DNA from: Lama guanicoe
Lineage: Eukaryota
DNA length: 64,000 bases
Assembly: GCA_013239625.1 (NCBI GenBank)
Contig: MU053379.1
Location: 2,152,866 to 2,216,865, forward strand
Direction of reading: 5' to 3'
The first letter of the stretch is position 1. Each line of letters opens with the position of its first letter. The position numbers were made by a program, and so were the translations under genes. Positions 61,701 to 64,000 of the stretch are shown here, one piece after another. The notes under the pieces were generated by a model. It made no database searches. It saw only the letters and a list, made by a program, of their open reading frames with translations, and had not been told where the DNA came from.

Positions 61701-62697
61701 GACACTCTTTACTGTAGTGATAATCTTTGCTGAGCAGCGCACACTGGACAAAGCAACTGAGACAAATTATCTTGTGAAACTTACACAACAGTTCTCGGAG
61801 TTTTGGACACTCATATACCCACTTTATGGACAAGGAAACTGAGGCTTAGAGAGGACAGGCCCCTACAGCCTAAGGGTTACCTGCTGCAGTGCCCCTCAAA
61901 GTGGCAGTTGCCAGAGGTCACCCTTTAGTGTGTGACAGACCCTCCCATCCTCAAAACCAGGCTCACAGTTTACCTTCCCAGGTGGACGCCCCCCCAGGTG
62001 GCCCTGCCCGTGCCCAGCACCCACTCTGATTATATGCCTGGTTTGTGCTACAGGACATTTGTTTTCAGCAAACACCGCATTTAGTGCAACCCTTAGCACA
62101 GCGTCCTGCACGGGTCCTCACGAAATTCTACTGGTTCCATTATTTTGCTTCATGTTGCTCAGCTATTTAGAAGAAGCATTGGGTACACCTGGGGGACGAA
62201 GCTGCGCCGTGTGGGCTGGTGAACTCAGGAGCCCTTAGAGACTGTCGAGTTGGTTCCTTTCTACAGGGTGTTTCAGAATTTTCGGAACCGTATCTGGTTT
62301 TTTGAACCACTTACATCTGACCAGCGACCATACTTTAAGTGGAAGTCAGCAGACAGGATGTGTGTTTCATGCTGTTCTGTTCTATTCTGTTGACAACGCA
62401 CGGTCCGTAGACTGTTTCACAATCGGCGTCATCCTACAGCGATGGCCTGGGGGAGGGCCGAGCTCCTGGGCTGGCACATCTGTCCGCCAGGTCCCCAGCT
62501 CTCAGGCCAAAGGCTGGGAGGGTCCTGGCGGGGCTGCGCTCCCGGGACCACCTCCCTCACTCGCACGACCTCTTGTCCTCGCAGGCATGGGGGACATGGC
62601 CGTGTCCAACTCCATCGGGAGCAACGTGTTTGACATCCTCATCGGCCTCGGCCTCCCCTGGGCCCTGCAGACCCTGGCTGTGGACTACGGATCCTAC
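25715..62697 (+). CDS. SLC24A3: SLC24A3 / NCKX3, partial multi-exon CDS: join(25715..25789,35369..35394,41942..41995,47234..47367,49178..49338,50101..50368,58405..58571,61340..61454,62585..62697)
   Basis: Nine AG..GT-bounded exons with matching phases give 1113 nt with no stop. Translation [16 protein letters not shown]...[19 protein letters not shown]...[15 protein letters not shown]...[49 protein letters not shown] matches NCKX3 as I recall it, including the alpha-2 repeat. Confidence 0.97.
27940..28310. mobile_element. MER5-like hAT fragments
   Basis: cccagagattttaattcagtaggttcgggg...ccaggaaac...tgaatctgatgccag...accacacttggagaaaca. Confidence 0.6.
30184..30360 (+). mobile_element. Short L1 3' end
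   Basis: gcacggggaactatttt...aactgaatcactgtgctgtacaccagaaac...A-rich tail; flanking acaact repeat. Confidence 0.85.
32017..32852. repeat. Inverted repeat: arms 32017-32099 and 32777-32852
   Basis: 76 aligned bases with 4 mismatches and one 7-nt indel; spacer ~680 bp. Confidence 0.95.
32531..32550 (-). promoter_or_regulatory. CTCF motif in a CpG-rich patch
   Basis: gcgccacctagtgg is the reverse complement of CCACTAGGTGGCGC, a near-perfect CTCF core. Confidence 0.7.
35369..35394 (+). CDS. SLC24A3: SLC24A3 exon ~8 (26-nt microexon, phase 0-2), FIYDEQVS(W)
   Basis: tttttttcacag|TTCATTTATGATGAACAAGTTTCCTG|gtaagt; not in the ORF track; fills the gap between the flanking exons exactly. Confidence 0.95.
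36367..36466 (+). mobile_element. tRNA-derived SINE (Vic-1-like), short form
   Basis: gagggtacagctcagtggtagagcgcgtgcttagcatgcaggaggtcctgggttcaatcccc plus A tail; imperfect aagaca..gt TSD. Confidence 0.9.
37965..38385. mobile_element. Old MLT1-type LTR
   Basis: gtaatagaaaccca...aatggcttaaa...ggtttattgttcttac...aagatggctgctgtggttccagccatca. Confidence 0.6.
39720..41010 (-). mobile_element. L2 LINE remnant
   Basis: cagggaagactccttggaggaggtgacactgaagctga...gcattcctggcagagggga...gaagcatttcaagcagaagaatgacatgatc. Confidence 0.8.
41942..41995 (+). CDS. SLC24A3: SLC24A3 exon ~9 (54 nt, phase 2-2), [17 protein letters not shown](K)
   Basis: ccgcag|GTGGGAG...ATGAA|gtaagt; hydrophobic transmembrane segment. 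Confidence 0.95.
42439..42958. mobile_element. MLT1-type LTR
   Basis: tgtatcagtcacctactgcc...acaaatgacccccaaatttagtgacttaaaac...ccaagatggcccattcacac...ttttaaaccacc. Confidence 0.78.
43976..44061 (+). mobile_element. tRNA-derived SINE (Vic-1-like), short form
   Basis: gagggtgtagctcagtggtagagcacatgtttagcatgcgtgaggtcctgggttcaa; 15-bp TSD aaatctgaatt(c/t)aga at 43961-43975 and 44062-44076. Confidence 0.92.
47234..47367 (+). CDS. SLC24A3: SLC24A3 exon ~10 (134 nt, phase 2-1), [15 protein letters not shown]...DATVVLLKR
   Basis: atgcag|ATACAAC...AAGAGAG|gtgagc; start of the large cytosolic loop. Confidence 0.95.
47575..47775 (+). mobile_element. MIR SINE
   Basis: gctgtgtgaccatgaagcaagtgacttaacctctctgagcctcaatgttctc. 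Further MIR cores at ~21810-21960, 26735-26830, 30380-30460, 44900-45070, 56800-56900, 60670-60790 and 61770-61860. Confidence 0.8.
48925..49112 (+). repeat. (TGGA)n degenerate simple repeat followed by a purine-rich tract
   Basis: atggatggatagatggatggacggatggatg... then gaaagaaagaagggagggaggg. Confidence 0.9.
49178..49338 (+). CDS. SLC24A3: SLC24A3 exon ~11 (161 nt, phase 1-0), [15 protein letters not shown]...SRMLINE
   Basis: ttttcccag|CCAATTTC...AATGAG|gtatct; lies within ORF 49159..49548. Confidence 0.96.
50101..50368 (+). CDS. SLC24A3: SLC24A3 exon ~12 (268 nt, phase 0-1), [10 protein letters not shown]...acidic tract...GPYTPFDPP
   Basis: ctctttccag|AGGCAG...CCCCCCT|gtgagt; lies within ORF 50083..50502. 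Confidence 0.96.
51498..51886 (-). mobile_element. L1 3' end
   Basis: tttttaaattgaagtatagttgattta...cttcacttagtatgagcatctctaggtc; imperfect TSD ctgt(c/t)ag(t/c)aggtt at 51485-97 and 51887-99. Confidence 0.88.
52050..52570. mobile_element. MLT1-type LTR (GC-shifted)
   Basis: ttacccacccactgggtggct...ttctggcagtcagaagtc...ggaggggccgtgatggaggtggcagccgggctg. Confidence 0.55.
53570..53915. repeat. TA/CA/TG alternating low-complexity region
   Basis: gtgtgtgcatacatgcatg...tatacacagatac...acacatgtctgcatgcatg. Confidence 0.85.
53930..54490. mobile_element. Cluster of L1 3' fragments (minus 53930-54060, older minus 54060-54270, plus 54350-54490)
   Basis: ttagtttctggtgtacagcgcagtgattcagttatat; aaaatatcgactcatcgtgtgcacctg...caataaaa. 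Confidence 0.65.
54640..54775 (+). mobile_element. L2 3' end
   Basis: cagggagctgtgttttctttgttcgctgctgtaccctcagcgctgagcagtgccggcacagag...gaatatttgttaaattgatgaatg. Confidence 0.75.
55910..56062 (+). mobile_element. tRNA-derived SINE (Vic-1-like), long tail, inside a probable L2 remnant (~55800-56520)
   Basis: ggggagggtctggctcaagcggtagggcgcatgcttagcgtgcacgaggtcctgggttcaagcccc; imperfect TSD aacag..gtgag. Confidence 0.88.
57130..57640 (+). mobile_element. Old L1M 3' region
   Basis: tatgactcagcaattctcctcctggg...cccagagaaatgaaaacatg...aaaactggcagcagcccaaatccc. Confidence 0.75.
58405..58571 (+). CDS. SLC24A3: SLC24A3 exon ~13 (167 nt, phase 1-0), [20 protein letters not shown]...FSYIMVWM
   Basis: tttccccag|CTGGCAAA...TGGATG|gtgagt. 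Confidence 0.96.
58668..59135. mobile_element. Old MLT1-type LTR
   Basis: tgtatcagtcagctactgtggtagtatgctgcataacaaccagccc...ggcaaacacagg...ccaagcccagtgtcagtggagtgggga. Confidence 0.65.
61340..61454 (+). CDS. SLC24A3: SLC24A3 exon ~14 (115 nt, phase 0-1), [38 protein letters not shown]
   Basis: cccccccag|GTCACC...AGACAAG|gtgggg; first half of the alpha-2 repeat (GTSVPD). Confidence 0.97.
62585..62697 (+). CDS. SLC24A3: SLC24A3 exon ~15 (113 nt, phase 1-0), [37 protein letters not shown]
   Basis: tcctcgcag|GCATGG...TCCTAC|gtaagt. The Asp in GSNVFD is the NCKX K+-dependence residue (D575 in NCKX2). Confidence 0.97.
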
Positions 62698-62844
62698 GTA
62701 AGTGGCTTTTCAGCTTTTGGTGGCCTTGGCTTTGTGACTTTGTCTCAGGGCAAAGGAAACGTGGAAATACTAACCTGAGGGCGAAACAAATTCTCCTCAC
62801 CAGAGTCCCTCCGAGGCCAGGCCTGCGGGGACATTCAGGACTGG

Positions 62845-63315
62845 GGGGTGGAGCTGGGAAATGGTTTCTGTGAAGGGAGGAGGGTAGAGCTCAGAGGTAG
62901 AGCGTGTGCTCAGCATGCACGAGGTCCTGGGTTCAAGCCCCAGTACCTCCACTTTAAAAAAAAAAATGAATAAACCTAATTACCTCCCCCCTAAGAAAAT
63001 AAATAAGTAAATGAAAATTTTTTAAAGTTTCTGTGAAGGGCCAGATAGCAAATACTTTAGGCTTTGCAGCCCAGATGGTGTCTGTCGCAACCGCTCAGGG
63101 CGCAGGGCTGTTTCAGCACAGCTTTATTTATAGAAACTGAAATTTGAATTTCATATAATTTTCACGTATCATGATGTATTATGATTCTTTTGAATCTTTT
63201 CAACCATTGAAAAAGGTAAAAAAAAACAACAAAAAACCTTTCTCAACTCCCGGGCTATGCGAAACAGGAGCAGGGCCAGGTTTGGCCCACGGGCCATCAT
63301 TTGCCAAGCCCGGCC
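62845..63315 (+). mobile_element. MER58B-like hAT-Charlie element interrupted by a SINE
   Basis: tttctgtgaagggccagatagcaaatactttaggctttgcagccc...ctgaaatttgaatttcatataattttcacg...tttggcccacgggccatcatttgccaagccc. Confidence 0.8.
62875..63026 (+). mobile_element. tRNA-derived SINE (Vic-1-like), long tail
   Basis: gagggtagagctcagaggtagagcgtgtgctcagcatgcacgaggtcctgggttcaagccccagtacctcc; TSD gtttctgtgaa at 62864-74 and 63027-37. Confidence 0.92.
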
Positions 63316-64000
63316 CTGGTGTATTGGTTTTGCGTGCACGACATTTTCAGTGGTGAAGGATGGAACACAAAACACACGATGCCCCTCCTGCGAGGGATCT
63401 GGATGCTGTCAGACCCTGTGGCGGGGACCCCGGGCTGTTTCTCAGGGCTGACTGTGACTTCAGGTGGAACTGTGAATTCAGGGGGAGACTGGGCTGTCCA
63501 GAGAGACTTACATGCGCTTTCCCACCTTGCCCAGTGTCCCTCTCTGCTAATACTTCTGCCCCAGACACTGTCAGAGGACCGAGGGAGAAGCTGCTGTTAG
63601 AGATTTCTTCCTGTATCTGGAAGAAAACAGTGTTCTGCCTCTGAAGTTTTCACACCCGGTCCGGCGCCGGGATCTGGTCTCAGCGTGTGACCAAGCGCTG
63701 CCCGGGCGTGTGTGTGTGACGGCTGTGACTGTATGTTCTGTAGGAGACACTGCAGCTCATTTTATCATATGACAGTTGTCTCAGAGTTGCTCCATTCGTG
63801 GCTGCTTCCACCAGGGAAGGCGCGTCCAGCTGGTTGCGAGGAAGTTCAAATTCGTACAGAAAGTCCACTCATTCTAGTTCGTGTGCAGTTACCTGTTGGC
63901 TGAAAGATTTCACCAGAGTAAAGCCAAGCACAAGAAGGCGGGAGGAGGGAGAATGTGTCCTAAGGAGTGGCACCCTCTTCTCTGCTGTCTGTGACATCGG

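Noticed and set aside
1..64000. A novel multi-gene system, CRISPR array or prokaryote-style operon
   Set aside because: The sequence is a mammalian intron/exon landscape; I saw no regularly spaced repeat-spacer array and no unexplained credible coding region.

Overview
Mammalian genomic DNA, most likely camelid, judged from seven tRNA-Ala-like SINEs of the Vic-1 type and no recognisable Alu, B1, Bov-tA/BovB, PRE1 or CHR SINEs. The window lies inside SLC24A3 (NCKX3, K+-dependent Na+/Ca2+ exchanger) on the + strand. Nine coding exons (numbered about 7-15 from my recollection of the human gene) all have AG/GT boundaries and compatible phases. They splice into an open 1113-nt (371-aa) frame running from the end of the first transmembrane cluster, through the cytosolic loop, to the alpha-2 repeat. 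Both ends of the gene lie outside the window. The rest is intron: young and old L1, L2, MIR, MLT/MaLR LTRs, an ERV1-type solo LTR, hAT DNA transposons, simple repeats and CpG-rich patches. Nearly all ORFs in the supplied track are spurious. I found no evidence of a new multi-gene system. The best second-look items are an apparently non-TE inverted repeat bracketing a near-consensus CTCF site, a 99-bp tandem duplication beside a GC-box/G4 array, a twin-primed inverted L1, repeated insertion into one target site, an apparent AT-to-GC substitution bias reaching the protein, and several candidate regulatory motif clusters. Repeat family names and human comparisons are from memory, not from searches.
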